Positions 8,952 to 18,249 of a stretch of 64,000 bases of DNA are shown here, in pieces. The number at the start of each line of letters is the position of its first letter. Position 1 is the first letter of the stretch. The stretch spans positions 5,020-69,019 of the forward strand of contig JACIWU010000003.1 of the NCBI GenBank assembly GCA_014360805.1. Direction: 5' to 3'. The DNA is from Chloroflexota bacterium (lineage in GTDB: Bacteria; Chloroflexota; Anaerolineae; DTLA01). The notes below the pieces were generated by a model, which did not search any database, was not told the origin of the DNA, and saw only the letters and a list, made by a program, of their open reading frames with translations. A program made the position numbers and the translations under genes.

Positions 8952-8994
8952 ATTCTAGCATCGCTGCAAGGCCACGTCTGTAACTTTTGTCGCA
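8952..8994 (-). promoter_or_regulatory. Class II Crp/Fnr-type promoter for the oxidase operon
   Basis: Extended -10 TGcTAGAAT (hexamer 8957-8952). Palindrome TGTAA-cttttg-TCGCA at 8979-8994, centred about -41.5. Confidence 0.72.
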
Positions 8995-9107
8995 AATCGC
9001 GGCATGGCGCGGCCCGCAATATCCCGCTCCCATGCAGGCGACATGCGGATTGTCGGTAGGTCTTGCAGTAACGCTGTAAGATTTCCTCACAATAGCGCAT
9101 TAAAATA

Positions 9108-9137
9108 TTGACAGCCGCTCGCAATCCGTGCTATAAT
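9108..9137 (+). promoter_or_regulatory. Sigma70 promoter for the htrA-hspR operon
   Basis: TTGACA-18 nt-TATAAT with TG extension. Confidence 0.7.
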
Positions 9138-9327
9138 GTGCGCAGAGATCCTTCAACCCTGGCGCCTCATCTGGTCAACGCACGCGGCACCTCGGCACCG
9201 TTTGGTCGGAGAAAGGCGGGTGCTGTGGAATCCTGTCCTTCGGCAAGCATCTGTCGCACAATCGGATTGTCCCCACCCGCCTCTGCCAACGCGTGGGGAA
9301 ATGCAATGTTCAAGGAGCAGAGCACAA

Positions 9328-10485
9328 ATGAAAGCGCGGTTTGACGTACGCAAGTCCTGGGTCTTTTTCGCGGCGGTGTTGCTCCTTCTCCTGGGCTGCG
9401 GCTTCACAGGAGATGGCACATCCACGTCGCCGAGGGCCACGCCGCAACCCACGGCGCTCCCCGTGGTCGTCGCCACGGCCACGCCGCTCCCCCAGCAGGA
9501 CTACGAGTCGCTGGAACTGGAGGAGCGCCTGCTGGTGAACCTGGTCCAGCGCGTCGGTCCCTCGGTGGTGCACATTCAGATCACGACGGCCACCGGCTCG
9601 GGCTCGGGTTCGGGCTTCTTCTACGACCGCGAAGGGCACATCGTTACGAACAACCACGTGGTGGAAGACGCCGAGACCATTCGGGTTGTGCTGGCCGACG
9701 GGTCCCAGGTCGCGGCCGAGGTCGTGGGCACCGACCCCGACGCGGACCTGGCCGTGATCCGCGTGGACGCGCCGGCCGACCTGATCGTGCCGGCCGAACT
9801 GGGCGACTCCAGCAAGGTTCAGGTGGGCCAGTGGGCCGTCGCCATCGGCAACCCGTTTGGCCTGGAACGCACGGTAACGCGCGGCATCATCAGCGCGCTG
9901 GGGCGGGTCTTCCCGCAGGAGAGCGGGTTCTCCATCGCCAACCTCATCCAGACCGACGCCGCCATCAATCCAGGCAACTCCGGCGGGCCACTGCTGGACT
10001 TGCGGGGCCGCGTCATCGGCGTCAACACCATGATCGTGTCGGAGACCGGCGCGTCGGCGGGGCTGGGGTTTGCCATCCCCGTGAACATCGTCAAGAAGGT
10101 GGCGCCCGCCCTCATCAAAGACGGCTTCTACGCGCACCCGTGGCTGGGCATCCAGGGCTACACCATCACGCCCGAACTGGTGGAGGCTCTGGCCCTGCCC
10201 GTGGAGCGCGGCGCGCTGGTGGGCCAGGTAACGGCCGGCGGCCCTGCCGATAAGGCCGGGCTGCGAGGCGGGCGGCGCACCGTGCGGGTGCCCGGCTACT
10301 TGGAGCCGGTCCAGGCCGGCGGCGACATCATCGTGGGCATAGACGGCAATCGGGTAACCGGCATGGACTCGCTCATCAGTTACCTGGACTTCACCGAGGC
10401 CGGCCAGGTTGTCGTGCTGGATGTGATTCGCGGCACAGAGCGGCTGTCCATTCGGGTTACCCTGGGCCAGCGCCCGCGCAGGTAA
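9328..10485 (+). CDS. HtrA/DegP-family serine protease with one PDZ domain, probable lipoprotein
   Basis: Lipobox-like LLLGC. GSGSGF, TNNHVV, DLAVI, IQTDAAINPGNSGGPL and a C-terminal PDZ domain. Confidence 0.93.
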   Translation: MKARFDVRKSWVFFAAVLLLLLGCGFTGDGTSTSPRATPQPTALPVVVATATPLPQQDYESLELEERLLVNLVQRVGPSVVHIQITTATGSGSGSGFFYDREGHIVTNNHVVEDAETIRVVLADGSQVAAEVVGTDPDADLAVIRVDAPADLIVPAELGDSSKVQVGQWAVAIGNPFGLERTVTRGIISALGRVFPQESGFSIANLIQTDAAINPGNSGGPLLDLRGRVIGVNTMIVSETGASAGLGFAIPVNIVKKVAPALIKDGFYAHPWLGIQGYTITPELVEALALPVERGALVGQVTAGGPADKAGLRGGRRTVRVPGYLEPVQAGGDIIVGIDGNRVTGMDSLISYLDFTEAGQVVVLDVIRGTERLSIRVTLGQRPRR

Positions 10486-10501
10486 CCGTGGGAGGAGATC
10501 C

Positions 10502-10843
10502 GTGACCGGCAATCCTTCGCCGCAGGAACCCTGCTACGTCATCAGTGTGGCGGCAAAGTTGGTGGGTGTTCATCCCCAGACCCTTCGCTACTACGAGAGT
10601 CTGGGGTTGATCAAGCCATGCCGGTCGCCGGGGAACAGGCGGCTGTACTCGCCCCGCGACATTGAACGATTGCGGCAAATCCAGCGTCTTACGGATGAGT
10701 TGGGCGTCAACCTGGCGGGGGTGGAGGCCATCTTGTCGCTCATGGATCAAGTCGCGCAGATGAAAGCGGAGATGGAAGCCCTACAGGCGCGCTTTGAACG
10801 CGAAGTTGCCTTGCTGAAGAGCAAGTTGCAGGGTAGCGAGTAG
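10502..10843 (+). CDS. hspR: MerR-family heat-shock repressor HspR-like
   Basis: YVISVAAKLVGVHPQTLRYYE...GNRRLYS...LTDELGVNLAGVE. Confidence 0.85.
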   Translation: MTGNPSPQEPCYVISVAAKLVGVHPQTLRYYESLGLIKPCRSPGNRRLYSPRDIERLRQIQRLTDELGVNLAGVEAILSLMDQVAQMKAEMEALQARFEREVALLKSKLQGSE

Positions 10844-10880
10844 GCGGCAAGAAATCGGATCATGCAAACAGGAGGACAGT

Positions 10881-11972
10881 ATGTTTGACGAAAAGGACGT
10901 TCGCGAACTGGCGGCTTTTCACGCAGATGGAGCCACGGTGTTGAGCCTGTACCTGAGCACAGATCCTTCCCGCCATCTCAAGGACGAAGCGAAGTTGAGC
11001 CTGCGCGGAATGTTGAAGCAGGCGATCGCGCTGGGCGCGGCCCAGTCCGACGCGGACCGCATGGAGCGTTTCGTGGACTTGGAATACGATTGGAAGGCCA
11101 AGGGGTTGGCCATGTTCTCGTGCCAGGAGGAGGGTTTCTGGCGGGCCCTTCCGGTCAGCGTGCCGGTCAGCAACCACGTCTTCGTGGCCGACCGACCGTA
11201 TGTGAAGCCGCTGAGCGACATGCTGGACGAATACGGCAAGTTCGCCGTGGCGCTGGTGGACCAGGAAGGAACCCGCGTGATCCTGTACCATCTCGGCATG
11301 GTGGAAGACACCGCGGGGACATTCGGCACGGAGTTGAAGCGCCACAAGAAGGGCGGCTGGGCGGCCCAGCGGTTGCAGCGCCGCCAGGATGAGAAAGCCC
11401 ACCAGAATCTGAAAGAGGCCGCGTCGCTCGTCAAAGACTTCTGCAACAGGCACCAGTGCAAGCGGCTCATCGTGGGCGGGCAGGACGAGACGGTGTCAAA
11501 GTTTCTGACCATGCTGCCCAAGGCATTGCGCGATAGTGTGATCGGCACCATGTCCATAGACATCACGGCGTCGGAAAGCGAGGCGCTGGAGCGGGCGCAA
11601 GATTTGCTGGAGGAGGCAGAGCGCGCTCGCGAAGCCGAACTCGTCCAGCAGGTGGTTACCGCGGCGACCAAAGGCGGGCCGGGTGCTATCGGCCTGGCCG
11701 ACACGCTGACCGCGCTCCAGGAGGAGCGGGTGCATATCCTCGTGGTGGAAGAGGGCTTCCAGGCCACCGCGTTCCGATGCGACCACTGCGGCTACATCGG
11801 CGCCCAAGATACGGGAAAATGCGTCTATTGCGGAGGCCCCATGGTTCTCATCAAGGACGCGGTGGATGCCATCGTCCGCCGCGCCATCCAGCGGGGCGTG
11901 GAGGTGGAATTCGTGCAGGGGAACGACGCCCTGACGCGCGCAGGCCAGATCGGCGCGCTCTTGCGGTATTAG
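10881..11972 (+). CDS. Bacterial archaeo-eukaryotic release factor (eRF1/pelota-like, baeRF10-type) with Zn ribbon
   Basis: LSLYL N-domain, catalytic-loop-like RHKKGGWAAQRLQRR, eRF1 domain 3 with CDHC...CVYC insertion, ends IGALLRY. Confidence 0.8.
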   Translation: MFDEKDVRELAAFHADGATVLSLYLSTDPSRHLKDEAKLSLRGMLKQAIALGAAQSDADRMERFVDLEYDWKAKGLAMFSCQEEGFWRALPVSVPVSNHVFVADRPYVKPLSDMLDEYGKFAVALVDQEGTRVILYHLGMVEDTAGTFGTELKRHKKGGWAAQRLQRRQDEKAHQNLKEAASLVKDFCNRHQCKRLIVGGQDETVSKFLTMLPKALRDSVIGTMSIDITASESEALERAQDLLEEAERAREAELVQQVVTAATKGGPGAIGLADTLTALQEERVHILVVEEGFQATAFRCDHCGYIGAQDTGKCVYCGGPMVLIKDAVDAIVRRAIQRGVEVEFVQGNDALTRAGQIGALLRY

Positions 11973-12015
11973 CCCCTGCACCCAGGGCCGGCACGCGCCG
12001 GCGAGGTGAAGACCT

Positions 12016-14493
12016 ATGATGCGATTTGATCGGTTTACAGAGCGCGCGCAGGATGCGGCCATGCGCGCCTACGAGATCCTTCAGCGCTACAACCACACGC
12101 AGGTGGACACCGAGCACCTGCTCCTGGCGCTGATAGAACAGTCGGGGGGCGTGATCCCCCAGATTCTGGACAAACTGGGCGTGGACGCCGAGACGCTCAA
12201 GCAGCGCCTTGAGGCGACATTGCGCGCCGCGCCCAGAACCGCGGGGTTCGGCAGCGCCATGCCCGGCCAGATGTTCATCACGCCGCGCCTGAAGCACGTG
12301 GTGGACACCGCCAACGAGGAAGCGAATCGCCTGAAGGACGACTACATCTCCACCGAGCACCTGTTCCTGGCCATCCTGGCGGAGCGGGGCTCGCCGGCGT
12401 CGCGGCTGCTGGAAGAGATGGATGTTACCCGCGAGCGCGTCCTGGACGCCATTGCGCAGGTGCGGGGCGGGCAGAAGGTTACCTCTCCGCAGGCCGAATC
12501 ACGCTACCGCACGTTGGAGCGGTACACGCGCGACCTCACCCAACTGGCCCGGGAGGGCAAACTGGACCCCGTCATCGGCCGCGACAAAGAGATCATGCGC
12601 GTGATGCAGATTCTGTCGCGCCGCACCAAGAACAACCCGGTGCTCATCGGCGAGGCGGGCGTGGGCAAGACGGCCATCGTGGAGGGCCTGGCCCAGAAGA
12701 TTGTGCAGGACGACGTGCCCGAAATCCTGATGGGCAAGCGCGTCCTCGCCCTGGACCTGGGCGCGATGGTGGCGGGCACGCGGTTCCGCGGCGAGTTTGA
12801 GGAGCGCCTGAAGACCGCCATTGAGGAGATTCAGCGCGCCCAGGGCGAGATCATCCTCTTCATTGACGAACTCCACACCGTAGTTGGCGCGGGCGCCGCC
12901 ATGGGCGCTATGGACGCCTCCAACATGCTGAAGCCCGCCCTGGCCAGGGGCGAACTCCAGTGCGTGGGCGCCACGACGCTAGACGAATACCGTCGCTACA
13001 TAGAGAAAGACGCGGCCCTGGAGCGCCGTTTCGCGCCCGTGTTCGTGGACGAGCCGTCGGTGGAGGAGACGATCCAGATGCTGCGGGGCGTGCGCGATCG
13101 CTACGAGGCGCATCACAAGGTGCGCTTCTCCGACGAAGCCTTGGTCGCCGCGGCGCGCCTGTCCAAACGCTACGTAACCGACCGGCACCTGCCCGACAAG
13201 GCCATTGACCTGATAGACGAGGCGGCCTCCAAACTGCGGATGGCGATTCACAGCATGCCGCCCGAACTCAAGGAGAAGCGGGCCGCCATCCACAAACTCG
13301 CCACCGAGGAAGAGGCCGCCTGGCAGCGTCGCGACTACGAAAAGGCCGCCGTCTATCGCAGCGAGCGCCTGCGGTTGGAACAGGAATTCAACGCCGCCCG
13401 CGAAGCCTGGCAGCGCGAAAAGAACATTGACGAAGTCGTGGACGTGCAGGACATCGCCGAGGTGGTGGCCACGTGGACCGGCATACCGGTTACGGCGCTC
13501 ATGGAGACCGAAGCCGAGCGCCTCGTGCACATGGAGGAGCGGCTCCACGAGCGCATCGTGGGGCAGGATGAGGCCATCCGCGCCGTGTCCAACGCCATCC
13601 GCCGGGCGCGGTCCGGGCTGAAAGACCCGCGCCGCCCCATCGGGTCGTTCATCTTCCTCGGCTCGTCGGGCGTCGGCAAGACCGAGTTGGCCAAGGCGCT
13701 GGCCTGGTTCCTGTTTGACGACGAGGAGGCCCTGGTGCGCGTGGACATGAGCGAATACCGCGAGCGCCACACGGTGTCCCGTCTCATCGGCGCGCCGCCC
13801 GGCTACGTGGGCTACGAAGAGGGCGGGCAACTGACCGAGGCCGTCCGCCGCAGACCCTATCAGGTCGTGCTGTTTGACGAGATAGAGAAGGCGCACCCCG
13901 AAGTCTGGAACGCCCTGCTGCAGATTCTGGAGGACGGCCGCCTGACCGACGGCCAGGGCCATACGGTGGACTTCCGCAACACGGTGGTCATCATGACCTC
14001 CAACATCGGCACACAGTACACCCGCAAGGGCGGCACGTTGGGCTTCCGCGCGGGCGACGCGCGGGACGCCGAGGAGCGGGCCGCGCACGAGGCCATTGAG
14101 CGCGGCCTGCGCGAGACCTTCCGGCCCGAGTTCCTGAACCGCGTGGACGAGATCATCATCTTCCACACGCTCACGTTGGACCAGGTCAAGCAGATCGTGG
14201 ACCTCCAGATGAAGGAGATTCGCGCCCGTCTGCGCGAGCAGGGCGTGGAGGTGGAATTGACCGAGGCCGCGCGCGACTGGCTGGCGCGGGAGGGCTACGA
14301 CCCCAACTTCGGCGCGCGACCGCTGCGCCGGGCGCTCCAGAAGCACGTGGAGAACGCCCTGGCGCTGCGCCTGCTGAGCGGCGAATTCCGAGAGGGCGAC
14401 ATCATCATCGTGGATGCAGGCGACACGGGCATCCGCTTCTACCGCAAGGAGAGCGTGGAACTCCCGTCGGATTCCGTCGCCGCAAGCCCGTGA
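12016..14493 (+). CDS. clpC: ATP-dependent Clp protease ATPase subunit (ClpC-like)
   Basis: Two Clp-N repeats, [14 protein letters not shown], second Walker [25 protein letters not shown] loop. Confidence 0.9.
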   Translation: MMRFDRFTERAQDAAMRAYEILQRYNHTQVDTEHLLLALIEQSGGVIPQILDKLGVDAETLKQRLEATLRAAPRTAGFGSAMPGQMFITPRLKHVVDTANEEANRLKDDYISTEHLFLAILAERGSPASRLLEEMDVTRERVLDAIAQVRGGQKVTSPQAESRYRTLERYTRDLTQLAREGKLDPVIGRDKEIMRVMQILSRRTKNNPVLIGEAGVGKTAIVEGLAQKIVQDDVPEILMGKRVLALDLGAMVAGTRFRGEFEERLKTAIEEIQRAQGEIILFIDELHTVVGAGAAMGAMDASNMLKPALARGELQCVGATTLDEYRRYIEKDAALERRFAPVFVDEPSVEETIQMLRGVRDRYEAHHKVRFSDEALVAAARLSKRYVTDRHLPDKAIDLIDEAASKLRMAIHSMPPELKEKRAAIHKLATEEEAAWQRRDYEKAAVYRSERLRLEQEFNAAREAWQREKNIDEVVDVQDIAEVVATWTGIPVTALMETEAERLVHMEERLHERIVGQDEAIRAVSNAIRRARSGLKDPRRPIGSFIFLGSSGVGKTELAKALAWFLFDDEEALVRVDMSEYRERHTVSRLIGAPPGYVGYEEGGQLTEAVRRRPYQVVLFDEIEKAHPEVWNALLQILEDGRLTDGQGHTVDFRNTVVIMTSNIGTQYTRKGGTLGFRAGDARDAEERAAHEAIERGLRETFRPEFLNRVDEIIIFHTLTLDQVKQIVDLQMKEIRARLREQGVEVELTEAARDWLAREGYDPNFGARPLRRALQKHVENALALRLLSGEFREGDIIIVDAGDTGIRFYRKESVELPSDSVAASP

Positions 14494-14503
14494 GCAGGGC
14501 GCC

Positions 14504-15613
14504 ATGGCCGAAGCGCGGGGCGACTTGCTGGAGATAGACGGCTCCTTCGGCGAGGGCGGTGGGCAGATTCTGCGCACGGCCCTGTCGCTGGCCGTGGCGC
14601 TGGGCCGGCCGTTTCGCATGCGTCGGATACGGGCGGGCCGCCCCACGCCCGGGTTGCGGCCCCAGCACCTGCTGGCCGTGCGCGCGGCGGCGGCGCTCTG
14701 CGGCGCGACGGTGGAGGGCGACCGCATCGGGTCCCAGGACTTGCTGTTCGCGCCCCAACGCCGACCCGCCGGCGGCGACTATACGTTTGACGTGGGGGCC
14801 ACAGAAGCGGGCGGAAGCGCAGGAGCCGTCTCGCTGGTGTTCCAGACGCTGTTTCTGCCCCTGTCGCTGGTTGGCGCGCCCTCGCGGCTGACGCTGGTCG
14901 GAGGGACGCACGTGCCCTGGAGCCCGCCGTTCCACTATCTGGCGCACGTGTACCTGCCGGCGGTCGCCCGTTTGGGGTTTGCGGCAGACCTGGCGTTGGA
15001 ACGGTGGGGCTGGTACCCGAAGGGCGGGGGCGTCGTCCATGCCCGCATCCGGCCCCGGCAGCATGCGGCGGCGGACGCGCCCTCCGGCGAGCGCGCGGAG
15101 TCGGCCCTGGACTGGACGCGGCGAGGGCGCATCACCCGCATCTGGGGCATCAGCGCGGCGTCCAACCTGCCGGCGCACATCATCCAGCGGCAAAAGGCCC
15201 AGGCGCTGGAGACGCTCCGCAAGGCCGGTCTTCGCGCCGAGATAGACGAGGTGGAAGCGCCTGCGGTGGGCTTCGGCACGGTGGTCTTCCTGGTCGCCGA
15301 GTACGAACGCGGCCTGGGCGGATTCACCGCCTACGGCGCGCTGCGGAAGCCCGCCGAGCGCGTCGCCGAGGAGGCAGCCCGTGAACTCGTGCGGTCTCAC
15401 GAGACGAAAGCCGCCGTGGACGAGCATCTGGCCGACCAGTTGCTGCTGCCCGCGGTGCTGGCCGGGGTGGATGTGGCGTTCACCACGCCGCGGGCCACCG
15501 AGCATCTGCGTACCAACGCCTGGGTCATAGAGCAGTTTCTCGGCCAGCGGGTGGCGATTGAACCTCACCCGACGGGCGCGCTGGTTCGGGTGCGCGGCGC
15601 GAGTGCAGGGTAA
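14504..15613 (+). CDS. rtcA: RNA 3'-terminal phosphate cyclase
   Basis: IDGSFGEGGGQILR, GLRPQH, GGTHVPWSP, GWYPKGGG, DEHLADQL, HLRTN. Confidence 0.95.
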   Translation: MAEARGDLLEIDGSFGEGGGQILRTALSLAVALGRPFRMRRIRAGRPTPGLRPQHLLAVRAAAALCGATVEGDRIGSQDLLFAPQRRPAGGDYTFDVGATEAGGSAGAVSLVFQTLFLPLSLVGAPSRLTLVGGTHVPWSPPFHYLAHVYLPAVARLGFAADLALERWGWYPKGGGVVHARIRPRQHAAADAPSGERAESALDWTRRGRITRIWGISAASNLPAHIIQRQKAQALETLRKAGLRAEIDEVEAPAVGFGTVVFLVAEYERGLGGFTAYGALRKPAERVAEEAARELVRSHETKAAVDEHLADQLLLPAVLAGVDVAFTTPRATEHLRTNAWVIEQFLGQRVAIEPHPTGALVRVRGASAG

Positions 15614-15622
15614 GGCGGGTGT

Positions 15623-15657
15623 CCCCTCTCCCGCCGGGAGAGGGTTAGGGTGAGGGG
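15623..15657. repeat. CCCTCTCCC/GGGAGAGGG hairpin repeat
   Basis: cccctctcccgccgggagagggttagggtgagggg. Related elements at about 54195-54325, 55542-55580 and 63015-63086. Confidence 0.65.
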
Positions 15658-15745
15658 CATCGGGCATGTCCCCGAACCCGCCATACGGGACACGGGGCGG
15701 CTACGGCCGAAGCCCCGCGCAGCATGACAACACAATGGAGACAGC

Positions 15746-16693
15746 ATGTTTGAACTCATCTTTCTCGGAACATCGGCATCCGCCCCGTCCGTCAAGCGCG
15801 GGCTGTCATCGGCGATGGTGCTCCACAAGGAGTACCGCTTCCTGATAGACTGCGGCGAGGGCACCCAGCGGCAACTGCTCAAGAGCGGCCTGGGCTTCAA
15901 GCGCATGGACCGAATCCTCATCACCCACGGGCACTTGGATCACATCCTGGGTCTGGGGGGGTTGATGTCCACCTTCGCCCGATGGGAGTCCATAGACCGC
16001 GTGGAGATCATGGGCGGGGCGTGGGCGCTGGAGCGCGTGCGCACCCTGATGAACGTCGTCTTCGGCGAGGGTATCCCGCCCATAGAAATCGTGTACACCG
16101 AACTGGAGCCGGGTATCGTGCTGCAGGACGACTCCTTTGCGCTCATCGCCTTTCCGGTGCAGCACCGAGGGCCTGGGTGCTTCGGGTTCACGTTCTACGA
16201 GAAGGAGAAGCGGCCCTTCCTGGTGGACAAGGCCGAGGCGCTGGGCCTCCCGGCGGGGCCCGAGCGGGCGCGGCTGGTGCGCGGCGAGACGGTGAGGCTG
16301 GCCGACGGGCGCATTATCACCCCCGACGACGTGCTGGGCGAGCCGATCGGCGGGGCCAAGTTGGTGTTCGTCGGCGACGCGGGGAGCACCGACGGGCTGG
16401 CGAGCGTGGCCCGGCACGCCGACGCCCTGGTCATTGAGGCCACGTACACCGACGAGGAAGCCGACATGGCCCGCAAGTTCGGGCACCTGACGGCGTCGCA
16501 GGCGGCGCGGCTGGCCGCGGATGCCAACGTGCGCCTGCTCATCCTGACGCACATCTCGCGGCGCTACTCGGAGCGGCAGATTCTGGGCGAGGCCACGCGC
16601 ATCTTCCCCAACACCGTCGTGGCCAACGACTTTGACACGTTCCGCATCATCAAGCGCGAACCCGCCGCCCAGGCCGACAGCAACGGGGGGTGA
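15746..16693 (+). CDS. rnz: Ribonuclease Z (tRNase Z)
   Basis: FLGTSAS, DCGEGTQRQ, THGHLDH, exosite GLPAGP, EATY, GHLT, THISRRY. Confidence 0.93.
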   Translation: MFELIFLGTSASAPSVKRGLSSAMVLHKEYRFLIDCGEGTQRQLLKSGLGFKRMDRILITHGHLDHILGLGGLMSTFARWESIDRVEIMGGAWALERVRTLMNVVFGEGIPPIEIVYTELEPGIVLQDDSFALIAFPVQHRGPGCFGFTFYEKEKRPFLVDKAEALGLPAGPERARLVRGETVRLADGRIITPDDVLGEPIGGAKLVFVGDAGSTDGLASVARHADALVIEATYTDEEADMARKFGHLTASQAARLAADANVRLLILTHISRRYSERQILGEATRIFPNTVVANDFDTFRIIKREPAAQADSNGG

Positions 16694-16699
16694 GGCGCG

Positions 16700-17923
16700 C
16701 TACGTCCGAACCCTCCGCACGATCAGCGCACCGAGCGCGGCCAGAATCAGCGCCGCCGACGAGCATATCGGCGTGGGGGCAGGCTCTTGTTGCGGGCGCG
16801 GCGTCGGCAACACGGGTGGCGTGGTGGGCGCAGGCGTGGGTTGCGGCGGCGCGCCGATGGCCTCTCGCCAGCGCGCGTCCAGTTCGTCAATCCCGAAGCC
16901 GTACACCTCGCGCAGGGCATCCTCCTGGTACACGCCCCTCTTAAACGTCTTGAGGAGCGCATCCATCTTGTCCGCGCCAAAGGTATCAATGAGGAACTTC
17001 ACGACCGAGTAGCACTCGCCGTAGAACAAATCCACCTGCGAGGGGTCGCCCGTGTAGGCCGAAAGCGACCGCACCGAAATCAGGGTGTTGGTGCGAATCG
17101 CCCGCTCCAAGTCCGACTGATTCTCGCCGCGCAGGTCCCCTTCGGCGTACATGGCCAGGCCCTCGTCCAGCCACGTGGGCAGCCCGCCCAGCGGGTTGTC
17201 GGTGTACGCGCCGATGACGATATGGCTCAACTCGTGGGCGATGGTACGGTCGGCGTCGGCGGCCGTGGACAGGATGACGATGGTATCGCCGCCCATCGCC
17301 ATGCCCAGGGTGATGGTGGCGATGTCGTAGGACTCGCTGCGCGACGGGATGGCAAGCCGCATGTCGGCCTTGCTGCGGTACAGGAAGATGCGGATGGGTT
17401 TTTGGAGTTCTACCCCCGTGCCGGCCTGAAGGCGTTGCAGAGCCGCCTGGGCCGCGGCCATAATCTTGTCGGCCTCGCGTTGGCTATCGCCATACCAGTG
17501 GACGACCAGGTTGCCCTCCTGGCGCTGCTTCCAGGTGAAGCGGCTGTCCTCATAGGTTACCGTGGCGCGCTCGGTCTCCAGCGTGCGCCCGTCGGCCAGT
17601 TCGGCCCGCCACCAGTAGGTAACGACCCTGCCTGGCGGCACGTCCCCAGGCTCCAGTTCCCACGTCCACTCGGCGTTGATGCGGGTGCCGGTGTCGTCCA
17701 GGTTCACGCGGTTGCGCGCCCGCTCGCCCTCCAGTTGGTAGAGCAGGTGCAACGCCTGCACAGGCGAGGCCGTCTGCGCCTGCAAGGCAAAGGTGATGGA
17801 GGCGCCGAAGTCCACCTTCGCGGTCAGGCGGCTGCCCGTCCACGGCTCCTGAGCCTGGGCCGGCATGGCGGGCAGAAGCGCCATCAGGAGCAAGACGGCG
17901 ATGACGAGGCTACGCGTTCTCAT
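16700..17923 (-). CDS. Secreted peptidase MA-like (gluzincin) protein with Cys-containing C-terminal anchor
   Basis: Signal peptide, HELSH plus WLDEGLA, Pro/Thr linker, C-terminus PICSSAALILAALGALIVRRVRT. Confidence 0.82.
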   Translation of the reverse strand: MRTRSLVIAVLLLMALLPAMPAQAQEPWTGSRLTAKVDFGASITFALQAQTASPVQALHLLYQLEGERARNRVNLDDTGTRINAEWTWELEPGDVPPGRVVTYWWRAELADGRTLETERATVTYEDSRFTWKQRQEGNLVVHWYGDSQREADKIMAAAQAALQRLQAGTGVELQKPIRIFLYRSKADMRLAIPSRSESYDIATITLGMAMGGDTIVILSTAADADRTIAHELSHIVIGAYTDNPLGGLPTWLDEGLAMYAEGDLRGENQSDLERAIRTNTLISVRSLSAYTGDPSQVDLFYGECYSVVKFLIDTFGADKMDALLKTFKRGVYQEDALREVYGFGIDELDARWREAIGAPPQPTPAPTTPPVLPTPRPQQEPAPTPICSSAALILAALGALIVRRVRT

Positions 17924-18155
17924 CGGGCTTCCCCACGGTCTCCAGCGAGACTTTGGTGATGTCCAACTGCTCGGGCGGCACGTCCATGTACTTGTCCCCT
18001 TCCTCAATCAGCATGACGGGGATGTCCTCCACAATCGGGTACTTGCGGCGGCACTGCGGGTTCGGGCACACCAGCCACGAATCGCCGAACATCTGCACTT
18101 TGGTTCGGCACTGGGGGCAAACGAGAATGTCCAACAATTCTGGGTCTAGCGCCAT
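17910..18155 (-). CDS. Trm112-family (UPF0434/YcaR-like) protein
   Basis: MALDPELLDILVCPQC...LVCPNPQCRRKYPIVEDIPVML. Confidence 0.88.
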   Translation of the reverse strand: MALDPELLDILVCPQCRTKVQMFGDSWLVCPNPQCRRKYPIVEDIPVMLIEEGDKYMDVPPEQLDITKVSLETVGKPDENA

Positions 18156-18198
18156 CTCCACGGACTCCACGGATAGGATTGGTCTTTGAGCACGCCCC

Positions 18199-18243
18199 AT
18201 TATATCACAAAACCTTGCGCACGGCACGTGGACATGCTACAAT
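18199..18243. promoter_or_regulatory. Divergent sigma70 promoters
   Basis: Minus strand tgaTATAAT at about 18199-18207. Plus strand TTGCGC-17-TACAAT (18215-18243), ending 7 nt before the GTG at 18250. Confidence 0.6.
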
Positions 18244-18249
18244 GAGGGC

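Noticed and set aside
9060..10500. HAIR or CIRCE operator for the hspR operon
   Set aside because: No CTTGAGT-N7-ACTCAAG or TTAGCACTC-N9-GAGTGCTAA match seen.
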